Positions 43,637-52,949 of a DNA stretch of 64,000 bases are shown piece after piece. Numbering within the stretch: the stretch's first letter is position 1; every line of letters begins with the position of its first letter. Source of the stretch: Candidatus Iainarchaeum sp. GTDB lineage: Archaea; Iainarchaeota; Iainarchaeia; Iainarchaeales; GCA-2688035. A model generated the notes under the pieces. It ran no database searches, was not told the origin of the DNA, and saw only the letters and a list, made by a program, of their open reading frames with translations. The position numbers and the translations under genes were made by a program. The stretch covers positions 2,778 through 66,777 of the forward strand of contig JAFCCO010000006.1 in assembly GCA_017610175.1 (NCBI GenBank), in the 5' to 3' direction.

Positions 43637-44919
43637 GGCCAGGCAAGAACCAATTGGAAATCCATTACATTTGTTTCAGTATAGCCTGTAACTATTTCCC
43701 CATTAAGCTTTCTGAAAAATCCGTTTGAATCGTTTCTTGCAAGAAACTTCTTCACGTCCATTCTTTTGCTTTTTGCCTCTTTTAATGTTGCAGAAGTTGC
43801 AATTGCTCCTGCAGCCCTGCTATCTCCGTCTATTCCATCTGAGCCGATTGAAGCAAACACTGCATTTTTCATACGGCTTAAGTCCGCAACCGAACCAAGA
43901 ACCATTTCCTGGTTCCTGCCGCCCTTTCCCCGCTCTCTAAGCGTAACGGTTGTTTCCCCGCCTGCAATCAGTGCAATCGGTTTCCTGTGCTTGTGTGCAA
44001 GAACCTCGGCTTTTCGCACCAGAAACCTTCCAACATGGCTTGCTTCACCCTCAAGCTCGCTGGATTGCACAACGGCTTTGAATCCAAGGGAGCGGGCTTT
44101 CTTTTGCATTGCATTAAGCGAAACCATGTTGTCAAGAACGATTTTGTTTTCGCAACCCCGCGTTCTCTTAGGGGTTTCGTTCTTTGCAGAACGCAAGTGT
44201 TTCAAAACAGGTTTTGGAATTTTTTCCAACAACCTGTGCCTTTTTAGAACATTCCTTGCAACCCTCAAAGTGCTTTTGTCCGCACTCGTTGCCCCTGACG
44301 CAATCACACTTAAATCGTTTCCAACCACATCTGAAACAATTAGTGCGTGAAGCTTTGCTGGTTCTGCCTTTTCAGCAAGTTTTCCGCCCTTAACCTGGCT
44401 TAAGTGCTTTCTCACTGCATTGATTTCGCCAATAGTTGCCTTTGACCTAATCAGCAGGCTGGTTGTTTTCTTAAGGTCTGAAAGCGTTATTCCCTCAGCG
44501 GGGAGCGTAAGCAGTGCGGAGCCGCCTCCGCTTACAAGCGCAATCACCAAATCTTTTCTTGTTCCCTTTTCGCAGATTGCAGCAATTTCCTTTGCGGCCC
44601 TTACGTTTGCCGTGCTTGGGATGGGGTGCGTTCCCTTAAAGCCCTTGATTCTCTTCGTTTTTGCCTTTCTTGTTGAAACAACTGCCCCTTTGCTTATTTT
44701 TGCACCAAGCCTTTTTTCAAGCTCCTCCGCCATTAGTGCGGAGGCCTTTCCATAACCAATCACATAAATGTTGTTGAATTTTCCAAGCGCAGGCAGTTTT
44801 GCCTTTTTTACGGCTGCTGCAACATTTGCTGCTTCAAGCCCTGCCTCAATTATTTGCAGTGCCTTTCTTTTTTCTGCAGATAATTTTCCTGAAACAAGTT
44901 TTTTCCTGTGTTTTATCAT
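43633..44919 (-). CDS. Glycerate 2-kinase (DUF4147 + MOFRL family)
   Basis: VIGYGKAS…ALVSGGGSALL…IAGGETTVTLRERGKGGRNQEMVLG…SIGSDGIDG. Confidence 0.85.
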   Translation of the reverse strand: MIKHRKKLVSGKLSAEKRKALQIIEAGLEAANVAAAVKKAKLPALGKFNNIYVIGYGKASALMAEELEKRLGAKISKGAVVSTRKAKTKRIKGFKGTHPIPSTANVRAAKEIAAICEKGTRKDLVIALVSGGGSALLTLPAEGITLSDLKKTTSLLIRSKATIGEINAVRKHLSQVKGGKLAEKAEPAKLHALIVSDVVGNDLSVIASGATSADKSTLRVARNVLKRHRLLEKIPKPVLKHLRSAKNETPKRTRGCENKIVLDNMVSLNAMQKKARSLGFKAVVQSSELEGEASHVGRFLVRKAEVLAHKHRKPIALIAGGETTVTLRERGKGGRNQEMVLGSVADLSRMKNAVFASIGSDGIDGDSRAAGAIATSATLKEAKSKRMDVKKFLARNDSNGFFRKLNGEIVTGYTETNVMDFQLVLAWP

Positions 44920-45743
44920 GCAAGCACCTTTGGAAGCTCACTCCATTTTCGCAGAATCGCATCCGGCTTAACGCGCTTTCCCTTCAGTTCTTTTTTTCTC
45001 CATTTGACACAGTCTGATGCAAAGAGAATCGCTTTCATTTCCGGAACATTTTTCTTTGCTCCGAAAACGTCGCTTAGCATGTCATTTCCCATGTAAACGG
45101 TTTCATCCGGAGTGAGTCCTTTTCGCTTAAGCTTTGCCACTGCTTTGCTGAATATTTTTGGGTTTGGTTTGCTAAAGCCCTCTTCGTAAGAACGAACAAA
45201 GAGTTCCTCTGAAAAAATCTTCCTGTAATCACTTGCCCCAAAGAGTTCTTTGAGCTGCGGCACCGTGTAAAATTGGGAATTGGAAACTATTCCAATCCAA
45301 ACTCCGCGTTTTTTTATTTTAAGCAGGGCATTCTTGCAGCCGGGATAAAGTTTCATTTGTTTGTGCAGTGAGTTGTAGTAGTTTACTATGGATGCGCCCT
45401 TTTTTTCAAGCAAAGCCATACTCCCTCTTAAGCCAAGCCTTTTAAGAGTCCTTGCCCAAATTTTTTCAATTCTTACCTCCGGCCACTTTATGCCGCGGGC
45501 CTTGCTTTTGGCGTGGCTCTTTACAATTTCTTCCTCCATCATATCAAAGAGTGCTCTTTCGGGTTTTTTTCTGGAAGCTTTTTTAAGTGGCTGCCCTAAT
45601 CCAAATTTTTTCACTGTTTTTGCCATGTAGGGCTTCATTTTTTTGAACGAGTCCTGCTTTGGCCCGTCGTTGGATGAAGCCGTACTGGTGATTATTGTGC
45701 CGTAAACGTCAAGCAGCAAGGCGCTTGTTTTTATCTTGTTCAT
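44916..45743 (-). CDS. HAD-superfamily hydrolase, subfamily IA with DxYGT motif I
   Basis: LLLDVYGTI (the second Asp is replaced by Tyr), IVSNS, SKPNPKIF, GNDMLSDV. ATGA overlaps on both sides. Confidence 0.8.
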   Translation of the reverse strand: MNKIKTSALLLDVYGTIITSTASSNDGPKQDSFKKMKPYMAKTVKKFGLGQPLKKASRKKPERALFDMMEEEIVKSHAKSKARGIKWPEVRIEKIWARTLKRLGLRGSMALLEKKGASIVNYYNSLHKQMKLYPGCKNALLKIKKRGVWIGIVSNSQFYTVPQLKELFGASDYRKIFSEELFVRSYEEGFSKPNPKIFSKAVAKLKRKGLTPDETVYMGNDMLSDVFGAKKNVPEMKAILFASDCVKWRKKELKGKRVKPDAILRKWSELPKVLA

Positions 45744-47560
45744 GTTCCGTCAACCGTAAGCGGGTGAATGTAATCAAGGTCCAAATACTTTGCAACAACT
45801 TTTTTGTTGTTTACTTTTGGCTGCTTTAATTTGTTTAGGTATGTGCGGTTTCCTATGAGAAAAAGGCTTTTCAGTCGTGCAGCTTTTGCTTTCAGGCTGT
45901 ATTGTTCAATTATTCTTTTCCTGTTCTTTGCAATTAGTTTTGACGGCTTTTTTTTGACCATTCTGTAAATTTTTCTTATTACAGGATTTATTTTCACAAA
46001 CTCTCTGATCCTCTTCTTTTCCTCAAATATTGCGTCAATTGCCTCAAGCTGCATCTCAAGGTTTAGGTCCTTGAAATCGATGCATTTGATTCCATTCACA
46101 TTGAAAAATTTAATGCTTGAAACATATCTTTTCACGCTCTTTTTTGAGATTCTTTTCAGGCCCTGTTTTTTCCTAAGCGAATTTACGTCGTGGTAGTAAA
46201 GGCTTGTTATTCTTTTTTCCGCATCCTTAATCCATTCAAGTTTAATCCACATCTTTTTGTACATGTGCCTAAAGTCCATGCCGTTTCTTTCAAAGTCGTT
46301 GCATACATAGGGTAGTTTCCTTCCCATTATCGCTTTTCCTGTTAACCATCCCTCGTGGAAACAGAAGCCGAATCCCTCAATTATACTTGTTGTTAATATT
46401 CCATCACTTACTGCAAACACATCAATAAGGCTGAATTCCTCGATTCGCCTTCCTTTTCTTTTTCTCTTTTCGCTTGGGCTCACAAAGTCGTTTCCAAGCC
46501 CTATTACCACCGGAAGCCTGTTAATCCTGCAGAATTCCTTCAAAGCATTTGAGTACTCAACGTCCTTTCCGCTGCCTGGTTCAAGGGTTATAAGGAGTTG
46601 GAATTTGTCTTCAATGCTGTTCAAAGCCATAAGCAGGAGAATTGTTTCCGCATTGTTTTTCCTTCGCATTACCTTAAGTGGACTCAGCAGAATTTTTCTC
46701 TTCTCCTCGAAAAAGTAGCGGTTTTTGTCGCTGTATTCCTTAATTCTGTCCAAGAGCTGTTTCTTGAACTGTTTTTCCTTTGTGATTGGCTTTGCTGTAA
46801 AGAAACCCGTGTCTATGCTGTTGGGCAAAAAGAAAATTCTTGAGTTTGAAATCCCAATAAGCTTCAGGTTTTCCGCGTCCCTGCTGTTGATTGTTGCGTA
46901 AAACATGTTTGGCGTGTTTGGGTACATTATTTTTGCGGCAAATTCCGGATCATACTTCCCAGTGCAGTTCTGCATTCTCTGAAGCATTTCGGGCCTTGAA
47001 TTTTCCGCAAAATCGTGCACCTGATTCAGGAACCACACCGGCTTGCGTTGTTGGTAATATTCTTCCGCCAGCATCCAGATTGCTGCACAAAGAGAGGGGT
47101 TTTTTCCGAGTGGAACGCCGTGGCAGTGGAAAATGAACGGTGAGTCCAAACTGCATTTTTCCAGATTAATGTTGCACTTCCCGGTGTCAATGTTGTGGGC
47201 GATTTTTTCCTTCAGCGCGCTTGCCTTTCGTATAAATTCTTCTTTATTTTTTCCAGGTCCGGCGTCATAGTTTAGTTCGGTTATGTCCACATTGTGCACG
47301 CGAATGTTTTCCTTGTGGTCCTGCCTTATTTTGAGGTCGCTTACACTAAAGATGTTTTCAAAATCCGAAAACACAAAAATGTCGATTTCCTTTGCCTTTA
47401 AGTGGTTCATTATTGCGTCTATTGTATTTTCTATAACAACGCGAACCCCTGCCGGCCTTAGGTGGTAGTGTTCTTCGGCAACCTTTAGTTCGGCGGGCAG
47501 TTTTCCCTCTTCCTTTATTTCAAGCAGGTCTTTTTTGATTGACTGCAACTGCCCTGCCAT
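45740..47560 (-). CDS. GT-B-fold (GT4-like) glycosyltransferase with extended N- and C-terminal regions
   Basis: …QVHDFAENSRPE…LLSPLKVMRRKNNAETI…SIIEGFGFCFHEGW. Shares these blocks with the GT at 60979..62364 (HHDFFWER / LLQPTRIMERKRIERSI / SDIEGFGNVVIEAA). Confidence 0.7.
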   Translation of the reverse strand: MAGQLQSIKKDLLEIKEEGKLPAELKVAEEHYHLRPAGVRVVIENTIDAIMNHLKAKEIDIFVFSDFENIFSVSDLKIRQDHKENIRVHNVDITELNYDAGPGKNKEEFIRKASALKEKIAHNIDTGKCNINLEKCSLDSPFIFHCHGVPLGKNPSLCAAIWMLAEEYYQQRKPVWFLNQVHDFAENSRPEMLQRMQNCTGKYDPEFAAKIMYPNTPNMFYATINSRDAENLKLIGISNSRIFFLPNSIDTGFFTAKPITKEKQFKKQLLDRIKEYSDKNRYFFEEKRKILLSPLKVMRRKNNAETILLLMALNSIEDKFQLLITLEPGSGKDVEYSNALKEFCRINRLPVVIGLGNDFVSPSEKRKRKGRRIEEFSLIDVFAVSDGILTTSIIEGFGFCFHEGWLTGKAIMGRKLPYVCNDFERNGMDFRHMYKKMWIKLEWIKDAEKRITSLYYHDVNSLRKKQGLKRISKKSVKRYVSSIKFFNVNGIKCIDFKDLNLEMQLEAIDAIFEEKKRIREFVKINPVIRKIYRMVKKKPSKLIAKNRKRIIEQYSLKAKAARLKSLFLIGNRTYLNKLKQPKVNNKKVVAKYLDLDYIHPLTVDGT

Positions 47561-47566
47561 GTTAAA

Positions 47567-48574
47567 TCACGTGTTCTTTTTCAGGTATGCCTTCATTGAT
47601 TCAATGAGGTTTACAGGGGTTGGGTCAATTCTGTGCAGCATTGACAGGTAAAATGCGGTGAGCGAACCAAGGTAGTTTGCATACCAAATCTGTGCAAGAA
47701 TTCCTTTTCCCTTTGCCTCAATGTCAGTAGAGTTGTACCCGATTGAGCGCACCCTTTTTTTCATGTACTGGATTCGTGCATTCATCTTCTTGCTTTCCTT
47801 TGTTCGCTTCAGGAAAATGAAGTGTGCCTTTCCCAGTCCAAGGTATGCGTTTATTTCGTTGTGCTGCAGTTCGGGCAAAAGGTTCCAGTGCAGGAAAACT
47901 TTTGCAATCTCGTTGTGTTCGGTCTGCCACCTTATTGCGCTTGCATTGAGCGCCTCTGTGGCATAGATTACCGGCAGCTTTTTGTGCAGTGTTTTTGCAA
48001 GGCTCCCTGCCTTCGCCATAATCTGCTTTTGGTTCGTTTCCATCACTTTAATGGCTTCAAAAATATCGCTTTGCTTTAGCGGGCTAAGCCCTGCCTTTGC
48101 AAGCATTGCAAGAGTTGAAAATAGCAAATAACCTGTTGCCTGCCTTGGCTGCATTCCCCCTGGCACAATAACGCATTTCTTGCATGCCTTTGCAAGCTTT
48201 CCGTTTGAGCTTATTCCAACCGAGGGAATCTTTCTTTTATTCAGTTCCCTGAATATTGTAAGTGCCTCATCAGTGTTTCCGCTGTAGCTCACCACTATGC
48301 AGAAAGTTTTATTATCAACAAATTTCGGGAGGATGTATCCGTGCTCAATGAAAACAGGGACTTTGCCTGTTTGGAAAAATGACTTTTGGATTACCTCTCC
48401 AACGTATCCACTGCCGCCCATGCCTGTAATGAAAATCTTGTCAATCCCCTTTGCTTTTGCAACCTTTACTTTCTTTCCAATCTTCCATCCTTCTCTGCAC
48501 TGTTCGGGAAAAGAAACGAGCTTGCCCAAATAATCGTTTTTGTCATATTTTGAAATTAGTTTTCCAAAGCTCAT
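47567..48574 (-). CDS. Bifunctional phosphoglucose/phosphomannose isomerase (SIS domains)
   Basis: ITGMGGSGYVGEV…VVSYSGNTDEAL… and a second SIS half. Start moved to ATG 48574 to remove the overlap with gatE. Confidence 0.8.
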   Translation of the reverse strand: MSFGKLISKYDKNDYLGKLVSFPEQCREGWKIGKKVKVAKAKGIDKIFITGMGGSGYVGEVIQKSFFQTGKVPVFIEHGYILPKFVDNKTFCIVVSYSGNTDEALTIFRELNKRKIPSVGISSNGKLAKACKKCVIVPGGMQPRQATGYLLFSTLAMLAKAGLSPLKQSDIFEAIKVMETNQKQIMAKAGSLAKTLHKKLPVIYATEALNASAIRWQTEHNEIAKVFLHWNLLPELQHNEINAYLGLGKAHFIFLKRTKESKKMNARIQYMKKRVRSIGYNSTDIEAKGKGILAQIWYANYLGSLTAFYLSMLHRIDPTPVNLIESMKAYLKKNT

Positions 48575-48641
48575 AGAACTCACTCTAATAGAATGGGCTT
48601 CAGATTTAATAAGGCTAACTTTTCGAGCTTTGTATGCAAAA

Positions 48642-50516
48642 CTACTTCTTCGCTCTCTTGGCAATTTCTTCTTTCAGTGCGGCACTTATTGCACTGCCGT
48701 CCGCCTTTCCCTTAAGTTCCCTCATTGCGTCTCCCATGAGGGCTCCGATTGCGTGCATTCCCTTGCTTTCAACAAGCGCTGAATTCTTTTCAACAATCTT
48801 GCTGATTACACCTGAAATGTCCTCTGATTTTGCCTTGCCCATTCCAAGCCCCTTCACGATTTCTTCCAAATTCTTTTTCGGATTTTTTGCAAGTGCAAGC
48901 AAAACATCTTGGTAAACGTCCTTGCTGATCTTTCCCTTATTTCCTGCGACGAGAACAGCCTCAACCATTTCGTTTGAAACAAAAACAGCGTGCTGCCTTT
49001 TCAGCTGGACTGTGGTTTCAAGCAAAAGCGTGGCTGCGGCAGTAGCATTCAGTCCCTTCTTCAAAAGCGTTTCGAAGAAGCATGCCTTGTTGCTCAGAAC
49101 CATTTTCTGCACAAGTTTTTCACTCAAACCTTGTTTTTTGTAAAGCTTGCTTCTTTCACCTACGGTAAGCGGCAATTCTTTTTTCAGCCTTTCAAGCGTT
49201 TCGGTTGAAGCGGTTACCGGCTCAAGATCTGTTTCAGGATACATTCTCGCTGCGCCCGGCAATGGCCTGCTGTACTCTGTGTTGCCGCCCTCAAGCGCGT
49301 TCCTTGTTTCCTCGGGAACTCCTTTAAACGCCTGTTCAATTCTTTCCTGCAGGACAGCAAATGCCTTTCCCGCTTTTGCTTTTTCTGCTTGCACAAGGAT
49401 GAATGCGTCTCCCTTTCCGCACCCAAGTTTTTCCATTGTGTTTGAAACTTCCTTATCGCTAATGCCATATGCGGGCAGTTCATCGCTGTGCAGAATCCCC
49501 TTAAGCCCTGCTTTTGATTTTACATAGCCTGCGAGCTCTGTCCCAAAGCGCCTCCCTTGCTGAAGTTCCTTCCCCAACAGCCCTGAAAATCCCTTAACGC
49601 ACGAGCCAAATACAATTTTGCCCTTTATGAATTTGCATTCACTTCCCTTAAACAGTTCACTGACTTCCATTGGCTCCAGTTTTATGTCCGCAGGTTTAAG
49701 GCCTCTGTTTTTCAGTTCGGCTCTTAATTCGACAAGCGCAATTTGCCTCTGCACTTCCCTTCTTGCAAATTCGTCAATCAGCTCAAGTTCCTGCACTCCC
49801 TTTATTTCAACCCTTGCTCCCTCGGCAATTGAAATGTTAACATCCTGCCTGATGGTTCCAAGGCCGCGCTTTGTGCTGCATGTTCTCCTAAAAAGCTCGC
49901 CAATCTTTTTTGCGCACTCTTTTACCTCTTCAGGTGTTTTTAGGTCAGGATCTGTTGCAAGTTCAATTAACGGGATTCCCAAGCGGTCAAGCCTGTAAAC
50001 AACTTCGCGCTCCCTTCTTTCAATTGGGCGGCAAGCGTCCTCTTCAATAGCCATGCTTTGAATTCCAACTTCCTTGTTTTTAAGCTTCAGTTTTCCTCCG
50101 ACTGAAACAAGCATTGTTCTTTGGAACCCGCTTGTGTTCGAACCGTCAATAACGGCTTTTCTCATTACAACCAGCCTGTCCATGATTGTTGCATCAGCCA
50201 TAAGCGATACTTTAAGCGTAACATCAAGTGCGTCCTTGTCGCACGGCAATGGAGGCGCTTCGTCTGCTTCAATTAAGCAGGTGGTGTCACTGTATCCTTG
50301 GTATTCGAATGTAAACCCTTTTTTGAATGCTTCAAGTGCAGCCCTGTCAAATTCGCCCATTTCGGATGCGACAGCCCTAAGCCTTCTTTTGAATACAATA
50401 TTTGGCTTGTCTTCCCTCAGAGTGGATGGGCATCTGCAGAACAGTTTTCCGGTATCAAGCTGTTGGTGAACCTCAAGTCCGGCTTTGAACCCTATTTTTG
50501 CAAAATTAGTTTCCAT
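48642..50516 (-). CDS. gatE: Glu-tRNA(Gln) amidotransferase subunit E (archaeal)
   Basis: GFKAGLEVHQQLDTGKLFCRCPS…, AspRS-like insertion domain, C-terminal YqeY-like domain, 624 aa. Confidence 0.95.
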   Translation of the reverse strand: METNFAKIGFKAGLEVHQQLDTGKLFCRCPSTLREDKPNIVFKRRLRAVASEMGEFDRAALEAFKKGFTFEYQGYSDTTCLIEADEAPPLPCDKDALDVTLKVSLMADATIMDRLVVMRKAVIDGSNTSGFQRTMLVSVGGKLKLKNKEVGIQSMAIEEDACRPIERREREVVYRLDRLGIPLIELATDPDLKTPEEVKECAKKIGELFRRTCSTKRGLGTIRQDVNISIAEGARVEIKGVQELELIDEFARREVQRQIALVELRAELKNRGLKPADIKLEPMEVSELFKGSECKFIKGKIVFGSCVKGFSGLLGKELQQGRRFGTELAGYVKSKAGLKGILHSDELPAYGISDKEVSNTMEKLGCGKGDAFILVQAEKAKAGKAFAVLQERIEQAFKGVPEETRNALEGGNTEYSRPLPGAARMYPETDLEPVTASTETLERLKKELPLTVGERSKLYKKQGLSEKLVQKMVLSNKACFFETLLKKGLNATAAATLLLETTVQLKRQHAVFVSNEMVEAVLVAGNKGKISKDVYQDVLLALAKNPKKNLEEIVKGLGMGKAKSEDISGVISKIVEKNSALVESKGMHAIGALMGDAMRELKGKADGSAISAALKEEIAKRAKK

Positions 50517-50555
50517 TCAAATCACTATAAGTTGGAGTAAAAAACGTTTTAATAG

Positions 50556-51098
50556 CTACTTTTTTGGGGAAATTTTGTGTCCCAATTCAAGGCATGCTGC
50601 CATAACCTCTTTATTTTCTGCAACTTCCCCTGCTTCCTCTGCACTGGCTTTTACACTTCCCACAACATTCATTTTGTGGTCTTTTGCAAATTCAGCCAGC
50701 GCGTTTTCGCAGAATTGCACATTTTTAAGGTCTTGCCCGCCAACAGCAATTGTTGCTGCCTGTTTTTCCTCAAGCTTGCCGGTTCCGCACAGTCCGTTTG
50801 TTCTGTCCATAAAATTCTTCATTATTCCTGAAACGTTTTTGAAGTAGTCTGGACTTCCGAATACAATTGCATCTGCACTAACAAGCTTTTCAATCAGTTT
50901 AGGCATATCGTCTTTGAGTGGGCACTCCGAATCTGTTTCAAAGCAGTCGCACACTGCCCTGCAGGGCTCTATTTTCTTGTCCGCAAGCCTTACAAGCTCT
51001 GTTTCGGCCCCGTTTTCTGCTGCGCCCTTTAGAACCTGCTTGAGCATTGAATCGGTATTTCCCTTTCGGGGAGAGCCTGAGATTGCAAGTACTTTCAT
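50556..51098 (-). CDS. NADPH-dependent FMN reductase / iron-sulfur flavoprotein-like
   Basis: MKVLAISGSPRKGNT, compact Cys cluster CRAVCDCFETDSEC, and DAIVFGSPDYF. Confidence 0.8.
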   Translation of the reverse strand: MKVLAISGSPRKGNTDSMLKQVLKGAAENGAETELVRLADKKIEPCRAVCDCFETDSECPLKDDMPKLIEKLVSADAIVFGSPDYFKNVSGIMKNFMDRTNGLCGTGKLEEKQAATIAVGGQDLKNVQFCENALAEFAKDHKMNVVGSVKASAEEAGEVAENKEVMAACLELGHKISPKK

Positions 51099-51137
51099 AA
51101 GAATAAGTGAATGCAAAAAGTGATTTAAATCAATATA

Positions 51138-51452
51138 TTACTTTTTTTTCTGTTTTGGTTTGAATGAAACAAAACCGGCTTCGTGGAGTTCGTTTGAAAT
51201 CCTTTTTTTAACTGTCCCTACACTTTCGTGGGTACGGGCAGCTTCAGCCTCTACAACCGTCTGTACGATGCCTGCATTTATGGGTTTGCGTTGCCCGCCA
51301 TGTCCTGGCGTTTTAGCTCCGCTCAGAATAACAATTTGTTGTGCGCTGGATGTAAGTTTTGAGAACGGTTTTGGTTTTTCTATATGGCTTCTTGGCAGGC
51401 CTGGTGCTTTGCCATGTCTGTTCTGTCCAATGCGTGGTCTTTTAGGGGCCAT
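51138..51452 (-). CDS. Small basic protein, possible HTH DNA-binding
   Basis: Basic N-terminus (MAPKRPRIGQNRHGK). EAEAARTHESVGTVKKRISNELHEAG resembles a sigma-r4/DUF134-type HTH. Weak call. Confidence 0.3.
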   Translation of the reverse strand: MAPKRPRIGQNRHGKAPGLPRSHIEKPKPFSKLTSSAQQIVILSGAKTPGHGGQRKPINAGIVQTVVEAEAARTHESVGTVKKRISNELHEAGFVSFKPKQKKK

Positions 51453-51481
51453 TTAAACCATATTCTTTTGGTGCGTTTCAG

Positions 51482-52024
51482 CTATTTATTCCTTTGCAAT
51501 TTGAATTTTTCGCCCACTGCCACAAAATCTTCCCCTCCAATGTGCAGCACTATTTCATTGTCATCGAGTGAGGGGTCTTTTTTTGCGGAAACGATTTCTG
51601 CAGTTACAACGAAGTGGTCTGCCTTCTTTGGCTCAAGAATTTCAACAACCTTGCATTCAAGAACAATCTTTGCTTTCTTCACATAGGGGGCATCAATCTT
51701 TTCACAGTTTTCCTTTTTCAGGCCAACAACCACAAGTTTGTCTGCGTCCTGTTCAAATGATTTTCCACAATCCACTGCCTTTTGCGCCCAGTTTCTTGAA
51801 ACAACGTTCAAAGCAAATTCTCCCTTGTTGCGGAGATTTTTTATGGTGCGTGTTTCCTTTCCCTGAACTCCAATCATAATCATTGGCGGCTTGAATGAAA
51901 CAGGGCAGCACCAGCTGTATGGCGCGGCATTGGCAATTCCCTTTTCGTCTTTTGTGGTTGCAAGCACAGTAATGCGGGGATAAATAAGCCTTGCCCCCTG
52001 TGCAAGCGGAATTTTCTCTAACAT
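51482..52024 (-). CDS. Flavin-reductase-like (flavoredoxin) FMN-binding protein
   Basis: PRITVLATTKDEKGIANAAPYSW…MIMIGVQ…TIKNLRNKGEFALNV. Confidence 0.8.
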   Translation of the reverse strand: MLEKIPLAQGARLIYPRITVLATTKDEKGIANAAPYSWCCPVSFKPPMIMIGVQGKETRTIKNLRNKGEFALNVVSRNWAQKAVDCGKSFEQDADKLVVVGLKKENCEKIDAPYVKKAKIVLECKVVEILEPKKADHFVVTAEIVSAKKDPSLDDNEIVLHIGGEDFVAVGEKFKLQRNK

Positions 52025-52078
52025 AGTAATATATCTTGTTGAAAAAGGTTTAAATTCTTCCTTTTACCCAATAATATT

Positions 52079-52945
52079 ATGAAAAGGAAACCATATGTTA
52101 AAAGGATTCCTCCCGTTAAGGCGACCGGCCGAAGAAAAGGGGCAAGGCCGAAAAGTCCGCAGCAAATCACAATTGATTTTAATACACGGGACAGGCAGAT
52201 GCGCGGAATGATGCGTGACTTCCATGTGCTTAAAGTACAGCTCGGATTAAAGAATACTTCTGATGCGCACTTGAAAAAACTGGGGTCAGTCTGGAAACAA
52301 GGCAATAATGCAAATCTTGGTTTGCTTAAAAAACTTATCAGGCTCAAACCCAAGTATGTTGCTGCATTGAAGCGCAGTGTGATTGCAAGAAGGTTAATCA
52401 AAATGCGTCTTGTTCGCGATCCCAAATTTATGCAGATTGAAAACATTGAAGCATTTACCCATCGTGCGTTCCAGTTGATTAAGGCAAGGGAAAAGGCGGG
52501 CAAAGGCTATTCAATGGCCATAGTTGATTTGGACAAGTTTAAGGCCGTCAACGATACATTTGGACATGCGGCAGGTGACGTTGTGATTGGAAAGATTGCT
52601 GACATTTTAAGCCGTTTTGCGCAGGAGCACGGGGGCGCGGCTGCCCGTGTCGGTGGTGAGGAATTTAGGTTGTTTGTCCCAATGGGTGAGAGAACACTTT
52701 CTGTTGCACTAAAGCAGCTTGCCCCTGTTTTCTCCGCAGAGCTTACAAATCCGCGAAGCTTCGGTGTTTCACCAATTAAGTCCTGGGCTGGCTGGAAGGC
52801 CCCCACCTTTAGTGCCGGGGTTGCCGGAAAGAAGGGCTCGGGGTTAATTGCCGGATTTAACAATTTAATTTCAAGCCTTGCAACCAAATCTGATGCCGCG
52901 CTCTACAAAGCAAAGGAAACAAGAAACACAGTAAAAATAGCTTGA
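52079..52945 (+). CDS. GGDEF-domain protein (putative diguanylate cyclase) with basic N-terminal region
   Basis: SMAIVDLDKFKAVNDTFGHAAGDVVIGKIADIL…AARVGGEEFRLFVP…SAGVA…KSDAALYKAKETRNTV. GGEEF is encoded at 52652-52666. Confidence 0.85.
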   Translation: MKRKPYVKRIPPVKATGRRKGARPKSPQQITIDFNTRDRQMRGMMRDFHVLKVQLGLKNTSDAHLKKLGSVWKQGNNANLGLLKKLIRLKPKYVAALKRSVIARRLIKMRLVRDPKFMQIENIEAFTHRAFQLIKAREKAGKGYSMAIVDLDKFKAVNDTFGHAAGDVVIGKIADILSRFAQEHGGAAARVGGEEFRLFVPMGERTLSVALKQLAPVFSAELTNPRSFGVSPIKSWAGWKAPTFSAGVAGKKGSGLIAGFNNLISSLATKSDAALYKAKETRNTVKIA

Positions 52946-52949
52946 TAAC

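Noticed and set aside
52018-52503. A 161-aa minus-strand ORF overlapping the N-terminal half of the GGDEF gene.
   Set aside because: It is a shadow ORF of the GGDEF reading frame, whose continuity into the conserved domain supports the plus strand. The minus-strand product has no motif and overlaps the flavoredoxin start.
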